Shown here: positions 54,168 to 63,615 of the stretch, piece after piece
Layout: each line of letters begins with the position of its first letter
How positions within the stretch are numbered: position 1 is the first letter of the stretch
Assembly (NCBI GenBank): GCA_963778555.1
Contig: CAVZUR010000004.1
Span: 101,112-165,111 of the forward strand
DNA: 64,000 bases
Source of the DNA: Candidatus Moraniibacteriota bacterium
Lineage (GTDB): Bacteria > Patescibacteriota > Minisyncoccia > Moranbacterales > UBA1568
Reading direction: 5' to 3'
Translations under genes and position numbers: made by a program
The notes under the pieces: model-generated
The model's input: only the letters and a program-made list of their open reading frames with translations
What the model was told of the DNA's origin: nothing
Database searches by the model: none

Positions 54168-54725
54168 TTAGACGGTCATGACTTCCTTTTCTTTCTTCTC
54201 CCGCACCGCTTCAAGTCGCCTATTGTAGTCATCGATGACTTTCTGAAGATCTTCTTTACCGCGGAATTTATCATCCTCCCCGATAAGACCCTCTTTCTCA
54301 GCCTCCTGGATTTCTTTCCACGCATCCTCTCGGGCGTTGCGGATAGAGATGCGCGCCTCCTCAGCCCGGCTATTGAGTGTTTTCACGAGTTCGTGCCGCC
54401 GCTCCTCGGTCAGCGCCGGCAGCATAATCCGAACAACCGAGCCATCATTCACTGGATTGAGGCCGAGATCAGATTCGCGGATTGCCGCTTCGATCTGCGT
54501 CAGCGACCCTTTATCCCACGGAGAGATCACGATCTGCCGCGGTTCAGGAACAGAAATACTCGATATCTGCTTCAACGGAGTCTGCGCGTTGTAATATTCG
54601 ACGAGAAGATTCTCAACGATGCCCGGATTGGCCCGGCCGGTTCGGAGCGTCCCCGCTTCTTCCGTGAAGTGGCTCAGCGCCTTATCGAACGCAGCTTTGC
54701 GGCCCTCAATGATGTCTTTGACCAT
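54168..54725 (-). CDS. frr: ribosome recycling factor
   Basis: MVKDIIEGRKAAFDKALSHFTEEAGTLRTGRANPGIVENLLVEYY...; 185 aa from the internal Met. Confidence 0.9.
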   Translation of the reverse strand: MVKDIIEGRKAAFDKALSHFTEEAGTLRTGRANPGIVENLLVEYYNAQTPLKQISSISVPEPRQIVISPWDKGSLTQIEAAIRESDLGLNPVNDGSVVRIMLPALTEERRHELVKTLNSRAEEARISIRNAREDAWKEIQEAEKEGLIGEDDKFRGKEDLQKVIDDYNRRLEAVREKKEKEVMTV

Positions 54726-54735
54726 ACAACAAGGA

Positions 54736-55926
54736 TTATTTCGATTTACGGAGACCAAGGTAGAGCACATCAGGATAGACCGGATCATAGGCCACGACCG
54801 AGACTTCACGATCAACATTGAGCGTATTCACCGACCACGTATCCCCGGCATTCAGCGACTTATAGAGCGTCTGACCGGCTACGAACACAATCTCGTTAGA
54901 ATTTTTCGGATTGATGGCGAAGGAGCGCAACGTGAATTTTTCAGCACTCTCGATGATATTCACTTTCTCAAAACTCTTGCCGAAGTCCCGACTGCGGTAC
55001 AATCCGGTCTTGGCGCCGGCGTAGAGGGTCCCCGAGATGTAGGGATCAGCGACGAGCGAGGCAGGAATTTGGGGAACAGTAGTCAGCGCTCCGATAGGAG
55101 CCGTCGGATTCTTCTGACGCTCTTCAGCCCGGACTTTTTCCCAATCGTCCCAGATTTCTCCGGCATCGTGCGAAACATAAATCTTGGAATTGAAAGCCAG
55201 CAGATACATGATGTTTTTGTCCTGGGCGTCAAAAACGATGGCAGTCACCGGACCATTCACTTTGGCACCGACATTCTTCCACGTGTCACCACCATCAAGA
55301 CTCTTCACGACCGTCCCAGTACTCGTCCCCGCAAAGAGGAGATTGACATCAGTCGGATGCTCCGCGAGAGAAACCAGTGTCGTCTTGGGACCAGGCTCAC
55401 TGTAGACATCCTGCCAGCTGGCACCACCGTCCACCGTCCGAAAGATCTTCCCCCGCTCGCCCACCACACCAGTCGCATACATGCGATTAGGGCTGCGACG
55501 CGATGCAATGAAGCTATAGACTTTGCTTGGCGGAAAAATAACCGGCTCCCACGTCTCGGCGCCATCGCTCGTTTTGAAGATCTGATCCTCTATCGTTCCA
55601 ACATAGACGTCCGGCGTCCGGCCGAGCTCTTCCGCCCTCGTCCGATCATCATCGCGCAGCAGAAACGATATCTCAAGCACGTCGGCCTTGGTGACTTTCC
55701 GTTTTTCATCGACATAAACTTTCGGGGCAAAGGTCTTGCCACCGTCATCCGATCGCCAGAGGCTGCCCGGCTGAGCTTTCGTATCAAAAGCCGAGGATGG
55801 GGTCGTCCCGCTGTTCCCGAGTTTGGGAGGCGTCACACTGCAGCCCGAAAGCGTCACCATGGCGAGCGAGAGCGCACTTAACCGCAGAATGTTCTTGAGC
55901 ATAAGGATCAGTCTCTTTCGCCTCAT
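54736..55926 (-). CDS. lipoprotein with BNR/Ycf48-like beta-propeller repeats
   Basis: MRRKRLILMLKNILRLSALSLAMVTLSGCS lipobox; repeated DGG(K/A/D)TW motifs. Confidence 0.75.
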   Translation of the reverse strand: MRRKRLILMLKNILRLSALSLAMVTLSGCSVTPPKLGNSGTTPSSAFDTKAQPGSLWRSDDGGKTFAPKVYVDEKRKVTKADVLEISFLLRDDDRTRAEELGRTPDVYVGTIEDQIFKTSDGAETWEPVIFPPSKVYSFIASRRSPNRMYATGVVGERGKIFRTVDGGASWQDVYSEPGPKTTLVSLAEHPTDVNLLFAGTSTGTVVKSLDGGDTWKNVGAKVNGPVTAIVFDAQDKNIMYLLAFNSKIYVSHDAGEIWDDWEKVRAEERQKNPTAPIGALTTVPQIPASLVADPYISGTLYAGAKTGLYRSRDFGKSFEKVNIIESAEKFTLRSFAINPKNSNEIVFVAGQTLYKSLNAGDTWSVNTLNVDREVSVVAYDPVYPDVLYLGLRKSK

Positions 55927-56189
55927 TATACCATGGCGTAAAAAAGCGAAAACCCACTCCCAAGCAGGAAGCTTTCCAGACTTAGCGCAGGCTTGATTGG
56001 GTGGGTGCGGGGGGAATCGGTCACCTCTTTTACGCGCCGTCGCGCGTTCATTCCTCGACCCCAGTATTTTGGTTTTTTCGGTTGAAAAAACATCAAAATA
56101 CTTTTCGACTCCCCACGTACGCAAAGTAGTTTGCGTACTCCGCACCAAAATGAAAAAATCCACACTGAGGTGCGAATTTTTTCATTTGG

Positions 56190-56262
56190 TGGGTGCGGGG
56201 GGAATCGAACCCTCGACCGTTGGCTTAAAAGGCCACTGCTCTACCGACTGAGCTACGCACCC
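56190..56262 (-). tRNA. tRNA-Lys (anticodon TTT)
   Basis: GGGTGCGTAGCTCAGTCGGTAGAGCAGTGGCCTTTTAAGCCAACGGTCGAGGGTTCGATTCCCCCCGCACCCA; one A-C mismatch in the T-stem. Confidence 0.85.
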
Positions 56263-56319
56263 AAATTTCTCACTAAAACACAGGCATTGTACCAGAGCCG
56301 CCGGCCTGGTCAATGCCCA

Positions 56320-57645
56320 CTAGGCTTTCTTCCGGATGATATCCACCCCCACAAATGGTCGCAAGACTTCAGGTACCCGGATACTGCCATCCGCTGCCTG
56401 AAAATTCTCAAGTATCGCAATCAGGATGCGTGGCGTCGGCAACGCAGTGTTATTCAGCATATACACATAGTGTTTTTCTCCCGTGGTAACATCCCGGTAT
56501 TTTACGTTGAGCCGCCGGGATTGCCAGTCGAGAAAATTCGACGCCGAGCCCGTCTCGCCATACCGGTTCAAACCGGGCATCCAGGCCTCCAAATCAAATG
56601 CACGGTATTTTCCAGCGCTCATATCACCGGTACAGATCTGGAGCTTACGATACGGCAGCCCGAGTTCTTCATGCATTTCTTGTGATAACCCGATCATCTC
56701 TTCTTGGAGCGCGTCGGCCAGATCCCGGTCTGCCGGAGCAATGATGACTTGTTCGACCTTCATGAACTCATGGACGCGATAGAGACCCTTTGTCTCTTTG
56801 CCATACGATCCTATCTCGCTCCGGTAACACTGGCTGAAACCAGAGAGGCGGAGGGGAAGATCTTTTCCCTCTAACACTTCCCCACTGTAATAAGCCAAAA
56901 GCGACGGCTCAGAAGTTCCGACAAGAAATTTTTTCTCTCGGCTGAGACTGCCATCGCTTTCCTTGTCAGCCGATGCGACTTCATAGACTTCATCCACCAA
57001 TCCGTCGTACTCGAGGCCCTTGAAGTATCCTGATCCGAACAGTGGGTAGCCCTTCACGAGCGTCGGCGGAATCATCGGTTGGTATCCCTTGGCCGCCAGT
57101 TTCTGGGTGGCATAGAGCATCAGACCCATGACGAGGAGTACGCCTTCGTTTTTCACATAGTAGCCGCGATAGCCACCGACTTTCGCACCCCGCTCAAGAT
57201 CGAGAATGCCTAAGTCCTGACCCAGTTCGATATGTGTTTTCGGAGCGAAAGCAAAGTTCGGTTTCTCGCCCCAGGTATAGAGCTCCTTGTTCCCGGCGTC
57301 ACTCGTTCCTATCGGCGTATCTGGCGAGACAACATTGGGAACTGCCGCCATGAGCGCATCAAATTCCGCCTTGACTGATTTCCATTCCGGCTCAGTCACA
57401 TCAAGTGCAGTTTTAATCTCTTTTCCCTTCGCAATTACTTCCGTCCGTTCTTCGGGTGAGGCGGCTGATTGGATGAGGGTATTGATATCGTTTTTCAACG
57501 ACTTCAGTTCTTCCAATTTTTGGAGCAGTACGCGCCGCTTCGCATCGACGTCCAGCAAACGATCAATATCAAGCGTGAGATTCTTATTCTGAATCGCCTC
57601 CCGGAGTGTAGACACATTGTCCCGAATGAATCCTATATCGAGCAT
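56320..57645 (-). CDS. serS: seryl-tRNA synthetase
   Basis: Intact 441 aa, N-terminal coiled coil plus class II core. Confidence 0.95.
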   Translation of the reverse strand: MLDIGFIRDNVSTLREAIQNKNLTLDIDRLLDVDAKRRVLLQKLEELKSLKNDINTLIQSAASPEERTEVIAKGKEIKTALDVTEPEWKSVKAEFDALMAAVPNVVSPDTPIGTSDAGNKELYTWGEKPNFAFAPKTHIELGQDLGILDLERGAKVGGYRGYYVKNEGVLLVMGLMLYATQKLAAKGYQPMIPPTLVKGYPLFGSGYFKGLEYDGLVDEVYEVASADKESDGSLSREKKFLVGTSEPSLLAYYSGEVLEGKDLPLRLSGFSQCYRSEIGSYGKETKGLYRVHEFMKVEQVIIAPADRDLADALQEEMIGLSQEMHEELGLPYRKLQICTGDMSAGKYRAFDLEAWMPGLNRYGETGSASNFLDWQSRRLNVKYRDVTTGEKHYVYMLNNTALPTPRILIAILENFQAADGSIRVPEVLRPFVGVDIIRKKA

Positions 57646-57687
57646 ACGCAGCGGGCGAAAAGTTTAGGGGGGCGAAAAAGTGATACC

Positions 57688-58053
57688 TTAGCTATTATAC
57701 CAGCTTTTCAATTCAGTGAGATCCACCTCAGCACTCAGGTAAAAGATGGGGATATGCCGACGCGTGGCCGAATCAATCTCAACTTTCGTGCCCGCGGAAT
57801 TCTCCCACCCTGGCATTACGGCCAACGCATCTGCTCTCTCCGCAAGCACCCACTCACTGAACACCTTCAGTGTCCGTCGGACCGTTTCGCTCGAAAGTTT
57901 TTCGTACGTAATATCATGCAGATTGGGAGTATAGGCGGCAATGCCGGCCTCAGCCAGCGCAATCTGGAATCGCTTTGCCTGTTCGACATGCCGCCCGATC
58001 GTTTCCGGCTGCATGTCTCCCCGATATGGTCCTGCGACAAAAACAATTTTCAT
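57688..58053 (-). CDS. DUF4406 / nucleoside 2-deoxyribosyltransferase-like protein
   Basis: MKIVFVAGPYRGD ... ADALAVMPGWENSAGTKVEI pattern. Confidence 0.6.
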   Translation of the reverse strand: MKIVFVAGPYRGDMQPETIGRHVEQAKRFQIALAEAGIAAYTPNLHDITYEKLSSETVRRTLKVFSEWVLAERADALAVMPGWENSAGTKVEIDSATRRHIPIFYLSAEVDLTELKSWYNS

Positions 58054-58055
58054 AC

Positions 58056-58256
58056 GGCGGTCGCTAGTGGATTCGAACCACCGACCCCTGTATATTCACC
58101 CGTTAGACCTTTGTGGTCGCACCTGGACTCGAACCAGGGACCCTTGCAATGTGAATGCAATGCTCTAACCAACTGAGCTATGCGACCATCCTCTCAGGTC
58201 AGTCTAACGGGGTGAAAATGCAGTGCTCTAACCAAATGAGCGAAGCGACCAAACTC
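58056..58256 (-). other. split tRNA-like gene whose 5' half (58201-58250) and 3' half (58056-58110) flank the tRNA-Val gene and pair into a perfect 7-bp acceptor stem
   Basis: 5' half GGTCGCTTCGCTCATTTGGTTAGAGCACTGCATTTTCAC+CCCGTTAGAC; 3' half GTCTAACGGG+TGAATATACAGGGGTCGGTGGTTCGAATCCACTAGCGACCG; junction helix CCCGTTAGAC/GTCTAACGGG. Confidence 0.4.
58114..58187 (-). tRNA. tRNA-Val (anticodon CAC)
   Basis: GGTCGCATAGCTCAGTTGGTTAGAGCATTGCATTCACATTGCAAGGGTCCCTGGTTCGAGTCCAGGTGCGACCA. Confidence 0.85.
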
Positions 58257-58296
58257 AATCCACAATCTACCGTTTTCACGGCCCATTGTCCATCCC

Positions 58297-59781
58297 CTAT
58301 TCAGTTTTCGTCTTCATCGGCGGGAAGATGACCGTCTCGCGTACCGACTTGTCCATGAGGATGGCGAAGAACCGCTCGCTCATGCCGAAACCGAAGGCCG
58401 GCGGCATCCCGTACTCGAGCGCCTGGAGGAAATCCTCGTCAAGCATCTGCGCCTCGGTATCCCCCGCCGCGCGCAGCTTCATCTGCACTTCAAAACGCGC
58501 CCGCTGATCGATCGGGTCGTTGAGCTCAGAAAAACCGTTGCCGAGCTCACTCCGAGCGGCCACGGGTTGCATCCGGAGAGTACGACGCGGATTCTTGGCG
58601 TCCAGTTTCGCCAAGGGTGACACCTCAACCGGATGGCCGACCAGAATACACGGCTGAACGAGTTTCTGGCGCACAGTCTTCTTGTAAATCGTATCGATGA
58701 GCCGCCCTTTACCCGCTGACGGATCGTAAGCGATGTGAAGCGCAGCGGCCTTGGCACGGAGGGTTTCGACGGAAACATCATCGGACAAATCAATACCAGT
58801 TTCTCGTTGAAATTCAGTAAAGTAATCGACGCGTGGGAAGGGCACGCTCCAATCAATCACGACTCCCTCATGCGTGGTATGGAGCGATTCACCCGCTACG
58901 GCTCGAACGATTGATCGATAGAGTTCTTCCACCATTGCGCACCCGGCCTCGAAATCCATATACGCACCATAGCACTCCATATGGTCGAATTCCTGAAGGT
59001 GCTCGCGATCAATCCCTTCATTACGAAACACGCGACCGATTTCGAAGACCCGTTCATAACCGCCAACAAGGAGGCGTTTCAACGGGAGTTCCAATGAGAT
59101 GCGGAGGAAAAAATCCTGGTCCAGTGCGTGATGATGGGTGACGAATGGTTCGGCTTCGGCACCACCCGGCACATGCTCCAGGACCGGAGTTTGCACTTCC
59201 AAATACTTTTTCTCCGTCAAAAACTGTCGAATCGTCTGCCAAAACACGTTTTTTTTCACAAATAGGTCGCGCGTCGCCTGATTCATCATGAGATCGAGGT
59301 AGCGTTTGCGGAGCAGCTGCTCTTCATCTTTCAAGCCGTAGAATTCCGCAGGAATCGGCAGGAGCGATTTCGAAAGCATCTGCCAGCTCTCGACGCGGAC
59401 GCTCTGTTCGTTTTGTTTCGTGAGAAAAACCGTTCCCGTCATTGATAGGAAGTCGCCAATCTCAACCGTCTCTTTGAATAAGAGAAACGGTTTCGTCTCT
59501 CCAGACGCATCAACCGGGGCGCGCATCTCTTCTGAAAAAAATCCTTGTATCTTTCCGGTACCGTCCTCGATATGGCAAAAGGCGATCTTGCCCATGCTGC
59601 GCAGTGAACGGACGCGGCCGACGACCGACACCAGCGTATCCGTACCGTTCAATTCATCAAAACGATCAAGGACGTCTTGGTTCCGATGTGTCCTCAGGGC
59701 TTTTTCTGGATACGCCGAACCCAGTGTCGCAACGAGTGTCGCGAGTTTTTCATGTTTTACGGAGAGAATATCTTCGCGCAT
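58297..59781 (-). CDS. lysS: lysyl-tRNA synthetase (class II)
   Basis: Intact 494 aa, OB-fold anticodon-binding domain plus class II core. Confidence 0.95.
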   Translation of the reverse strand: MREDILSVKHEKLATLVATLGSAYPEKALRTHRNQDVLDRFDELNGTDTLVSVVGRVRSLRSMGKIAFCHIEDGTGKIQGFFSEEMRAPVDASGETKPFLLFKETVEIGDFLSMTGTVFLTKQNEQSVRVESWQMLSKSLLPIPAEFYGLKDEEQLLRKRYLDLMMNQATRDLFVKKNVFWQTIRQFLTEKKYLEVQTPVLEHVPGGAEAEPFVTHHHALDQDFFLRISLELPLKRLLVGGYERVFEIGRVFRNEGIDREHLQEFDHMECYGAYMDFEAGCAMVEELYRSIVRAVAGESLHTTHEGVVIDWSVPFPRVDYFTEFQRETGIDLSDDVSVETLRAKAAALHIAYDPSAGKGRLIDTIYKKTVRQKLVQPCILVGHPVEVSPLAKLDAKNPRRTLRMQPVAARSELGNGFSELNDPIDQRARFEVQMKLRAAGDTEAQMLDEDFLQALEYGMPPAFGFGMSERFFAILMDKSVRETVIFPPMKTKTE

Positions 59782-59860
59782 ATATGTCCACTCTATCGGT
59801 TTTCAGAGCTCCGAGCAAGAAAAACCCGCTCATGCAGGGCGGGAGAGAAATCAGGTTTTC

Positions 59861-60316
59861 CTATTTCACCGAGAGAATCTCGTACTTGATCTGTCCGACC
59901 GGAGCAGCCACCGTCACACTTTCACCCTTCTCTTTTCCCATGAATTCCTTTCCGAGTGGCGACTCGCTTGAAATTTTCCCCTGTGTGGGATCGACTTCGT
60001 TTGCGCCGACGATTTCGAAATCCATTTCCTTGCCATGGAGTTTCACCGTCAGTTTCGATCCGACTTGGACCTTCGATGACTTTTTGTGCGGTGCGGCGAT
60101 CACCGATTCCTTCAAGAGCGCTTCGATTTCAGCGATGCGCGTCTCATTTTCGTTCTGATGACGCTTGGCTTCGGTGTATTCAGCATTTTCCGAAAGATCT
60201 CCCTGCTCCTTGGCCTCTTTGATCGAGTGTGCGATCTCCTGTCGGACGCGCGACTTGCGATCCTCAAGCTCAGCTTCTAGTTTCTTTAGTCCTTCTTCGG
60301 TGAAAATTCTTGACAT
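59861..60316 (-). CDS. greA: transcription elongation factor GreA
   Basis: FTEEGLKKLEAELEDRK...DLSENAEY...; 151 aa. Confidence 0.9.
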   Translation of the reverse strand: MSRIFTEEGLKKLEAELEDRKSRVRQEIAHSIKEAKEQGDLSENAEYTEAKRHQNENETRIAEIEALLKESVIAAPHKKSSKVQVGSKLTVKLHGKEMDFEIVGANEVDPTQGKISSESPLGKEFMGKEKGESVTVAAPVGQIKYEILSVK

Positions 60317-60426
60317 AGGTTATGAGCGATATGCACTAAATAATATTTGTGTCTCTCGATAGAGCACGATGCCACCCATCCTAACCCATGGGCTTCGCGT
60401 TGTCAACCGTGGATTTCAGGGCTTGA

Positions 60427-62280
60427 TTAAGGCTTCTTTTGTGCTTTGAAATACCATTCGTAGACCGCTTTCGTGATCGGAACCGCGTGATAGGTGCTCG
60501 TTTCCGATTGGCCTTCGACGAGCACGATCATGACGAGCTCCGGCTTTTCATACGGCGCAAAGGAAACGAACCAGCCATGCGTTTTGTCTTCGTTCCCGTA
60601 CTGTGCCGTCCCGGTCTTGCCCGCGACGGTAACCGGCAGTGTCTGCAAGGTCTGGGCCGTACCGCCGGTTACCGTTTCACGCATTCCCTCCCTGACCACA
60701 CGTAGAATCTCAGGCGCCACCGATACCGGCTTCGAGACCGTTGTGAAATCCGCCGCTACATGGGGGGTGTAGAGCGTCCCGCCGTTCGCAATGGCGGCGA
60801 CCGCGTTCACGATCTGAAGCGGCGTCGCCGTGATAAATCCCTGCCCGATCGCGGCGTGGTAATCATCGCCGATATACCAGCGCTCTCCGATTTTTCTTTC
60901 CTTCCACACCGGGTCCGGCAGAAAACCGTCCGCCTCTCCCGGCAAATCAATGCCCGTTTTCTGGCCGTAGCCGAACGCTTCCTCATACTGTTTCATGCGC
61001 TCCATCCCGAGCCCTCCGATGCCGCCATAGCCGCCTCCGAGTGTATAAAAATAGACATCGCTCGAAACCGCAATCGCTCGGCGGAGATCCGTGAATCCAT
61101 GTGCCTTCCAGTCGCCGAAAAAGAACTTGCCGACGCTGATGCCTCCCCGGCTTTCGATCTTTGTTTCAGGCGTAATCAAATGTTCGGCTAAGGCAGCCGC
61201 GGCGATCACTGGCTTCAGCGTCGACCCCGGCGGATACTCGCCCGCAATCGCCCGATTGAAGAGTGGTTTTTCTGGATTATCGATGAGTGTGGCATAATCC
61301 TTCTCCGGAATCCCGCCTGAGAAAAGGTTGTTGTCATAGCTGGGGTAGGAAACCAGTGCCCGGATCGCTCCCGAAGACGGATCGAGCGCAATCGCGGCAC
61401 CAGCCGAAAGACCATGTGCGATGAACCACTCTGATAGCGTGGTGTACAGCTTTTCTGTCAGTCCTTTATCAATTGTGAGAGTGATGTCCCGACCCAGCTT
61501 GGGCGGGACGATGCCGAGCTCTTGTTGCACTCGGCCGAGCGAATCCACTTCGACAACCTCGCGGCCGTGGACGCCGCGAAGGGCGGCTTCATAGGATTTT
61601 TCGACTCCCTGTTTTCCGATTGAATCAGTGAAAAAGTAGTTCGGGAATTCCTCCAGCTCTTCCTTTTTGATCTTTCCCTCATAGCCGATCACATGAGAAA
61701 AAATCGGACCGTTGATATACTCGCGCCGCGCAGATTTCTGGAGACTGATGCCCGGCAGTTTATTTGCTTGGCTGTAATACATAATGGTCTCTTCTTGCGA
61801 GAGATCTTCACGGAGCATGACCGCTTCATTAGGACGGTAAGCCTGGGACTCCAGCGTAGATTGCCAGGCAGGAAAATCGGGATGGAAGACGGAATCGACC
61901 CAATCCAACACGCGCTTCCGTTCTTCAGGATTTTTCGGCAATGCATTGGGAATCACGATTCCATCAAGGCTTGGCGTATTGCGAACCAGCGGCTCACCCG
62001 TGCGATCCGTAATGATGCCGCGGGGAGCGGCGAGAAGAATGGAGCGCAGGCTGTTATTGCGCGCGATAGCTTCGTAATGCCTGCCCTCCCAGATGTTGAG
62101 GTAAACCAGCCGGCTCGCGAGTATGAGCAGGGCCAGCGCAGCGATGAAAAAGAAATACCGAGACGGTTTCCGATCGAGTGTCCCCTCAATCCGAGCCGCT
62201 TCCGGTGCAGTGAGCATGAGAACCGCATCGTCGATCTCGTTCTTTTCAAATTGTGGGGACCGGCCCCTGAGCAATGACAT
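60427..62280 (-). CDS. mrdA: penicillin-binding protein 2 (elongasome transpeptidase)
   Basis: Start at MSLLRGRSPQFEK (Met 206 of ORF 60427-62895; the upstream part is read-through across mreD); transpeptidase SxxK/SxN/KTG present. Confidence 0.85.
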   Translation of the reverse strand: MSLLRGRSPQFEKNEIDDAVLMLTAPEAARIEGTLDRKPSRYFFFIAALALLILASRLVYLNIWEGRHYEAIARNNSLRSILLAAPRGIITDRTGEPLVRNTPSLDGIVIPNALPKNPEERKRVLDWVDSVFHPDFPAWQSTLESQAYRPNEAVMLREDLSQEETIMYYSQANKLPGISLQKSARREYINGPIFSHVIGYEGKIKKEELEEFPNYFFTDSIGKQGVEKSYEAALRGVHGREVVEVDSLGRVQQELGIVPPKLGRDITLTIDKGLTEKLYTTLSEWFIAHGLSAGAAIALDPSSGAIRALVSYPSYDNNLFSGGIPEKDYATLIDNPEKPLFNRAIAGEYPPGSTLKPVIAAAALAEHLITPETKIESRGGISVGKFFFGDWKAHGFTDLRRAIAVSSDVYFYTLGGGYGGIGGLGMERMKQYEEAFGYGQKTGIDLPGEADGFLPDPVWKERKIGERWYIGDDYHAAIGQGFITATPLQIVNAVAAIANGGTLYTPHVAADFTTVSKPVSVAPEILRVVREGMRETVTGGTAQTLQTLPVTVAGKTGTAQYGNEDKTHGWFVSFAPYEKPELVMIVLVEGQSETSTYHAVPITKAVYEWYFKAQKKP

Positions 62281-62285
62281 AGGGT

Positions 62286-62789
62286 CTAAACTCGTACGCC
62301 ACGGAATTCCGACATCAGTCCGTACTGAATCCTCCGCTCCCACCAACGGAGCAACGGGAAGAGCAGAAGGAAGAGCAGGAAGGTTTCGAAAAAATTCTCC
62401 ACGAATCGTCCGACAAAAAGGGTCTCCGCCTGAAACAACGCTAAGCCAACAGCATAGGCAACAGCGAAGCCTCCCGCGACTGATGCCAGTATGAGATAGC
62501 TCCGGACATGTGCCTCCAGGACGATGCGCCGGGAAAGAAAGCTCGTCGCATACGCGATCGCTACCGCATACACCGGAAAGAGCGTCGGCGGTCCGAGCAG
62601 CGCGTAGATGGCAACACCAAGCAACGACCAAGCGAGACCCCGTTCGAAACCGAAGAGGAACACGAGTGAGATGACCAGCGCGATGATCGCAGCGGGAGCG
62701 ACGAGCACTGGCCAAAGGATATCTAAGAATGAGCGCTGGATAACCGCGATGATAAGAAATACGGCGAAGCGCTGCAAGACGATGCTCAT
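62286..62789 (-). CDS. mreD: rod shape-determining protein MreD
   Basis: 167-aa polytopic membrane protein between mreC and mrdA. Confidence 0.75.
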   Translation of the reverse strand: MSIVLQRFAVFLIIAVIQRSFLDILWPVLVAPAAIIALVISLVFLFGFERGLAWSLLGVAIYALLGPPTLFPVYAVAIAYATSFLSRRIVLEAHVRSYLILASVAGGFAVAYAVGLALFQAETLFVGRFVENFFETFLLFLLLFPLLRWWERRIQYGLMSEFRGVRV

Positions 62790-63604
62790 AGTGTCGGGGT
62801 GAGAAGAATGAAAACAAACCGGATATCATCAAAAGCGATAGGAATTGTGATGGTCGCCTGTTGGAAAAGACGATCGAGAGATGGACGCACTTCATCGATG
62901 TGGCCGATCAAGAGCTCTTTGGGAAGACTGTCTCCAAGCCCGGAAGTGACCAGTGCGGCACCTGGTTCGAGTTTCACACCCGAGAGCGCCATGTCGAAAA
63001 CGAGTCCGAGACTGTGGTCTCCGCGAACAATCCCCTGCACCGACGCACCAGCAACCCGAGCGGCGACGGTGCTTTCAGGATGTGACAGCAAGCGCACCTC
63101 AGCGCTGGTGAGATACGCCTCTGCTACGCGGCCGACCAGATTCCCGCTGACGACGACCGGTTGACCAGAGTGGACACCATCGGTCGTACCCCGATTCACG
63201 GCGAATCCGACCGAACCGCCGTTCATATCCCGGCTGATCACCTCAGCTGAGAGCATATCAGGTAGATTCACTGCCGGCAGCTTGAGCGCCTCACGGAGCA
63301 GCCGATTTTCTTCTCGCGCCTCCTTCAGCCCAGCCACTTCATGTAACAGGGATGAACGCTCCCGCTCCAGTTGTTCATTATCCCGCTTCAAATCACTGAT
63401 TGAAGAGAATAAATGAAGCGCATCGCCTGTCTCGAAAGCCGCCCAAGAAAAGAATCCTTGAAAGGGGGCTGCCACCGGAGCTAGAACAGCGCGCAACGGA
63501 GCAAAAAAAGTTTCCGGCAAGAGAACGACGACAGCCCACACGAGAACGCCGAGTGCCAGGGCACGCACGCTTTTTTTTCGGAAAAAGGTCCTTTCTTGGT
63601 TCAT
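62786..63604 (-). CDS. mreC: rod shape-determining protein MreC
   Basis: N-terminal TM, coiled coil, and C-terminal beta domain GQPVVVSGNLVGRV; ATGA overlap with mreD. Confidence 0.9.
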   Translation of the reverse strand: MNQERTFFRKKSVRALALGVLVWAVVVLLPETFFAPLRAVLAPVAAPFQGFFSWAAFETGDALHLFSSISDLKRDNEQLERERSSLLHEVAGLKEAREENRLLREALKLPAVNLPDMLSAEVISRDMNGGSVGFAVNRGTTDGVHSGQPVVVSGNLVGRVAEAYLTSAEVRLLSHPESTVAARVAGASVQGIVRGDHSLGLVFDMALSGVKLEPGAALVTSGLGDSLPKELLIGHIDEVRPSLDRLFQQATITIPIAFDDIRFVFILLTPTL

Positions 63605-63615
63605 GAGTGCATACG

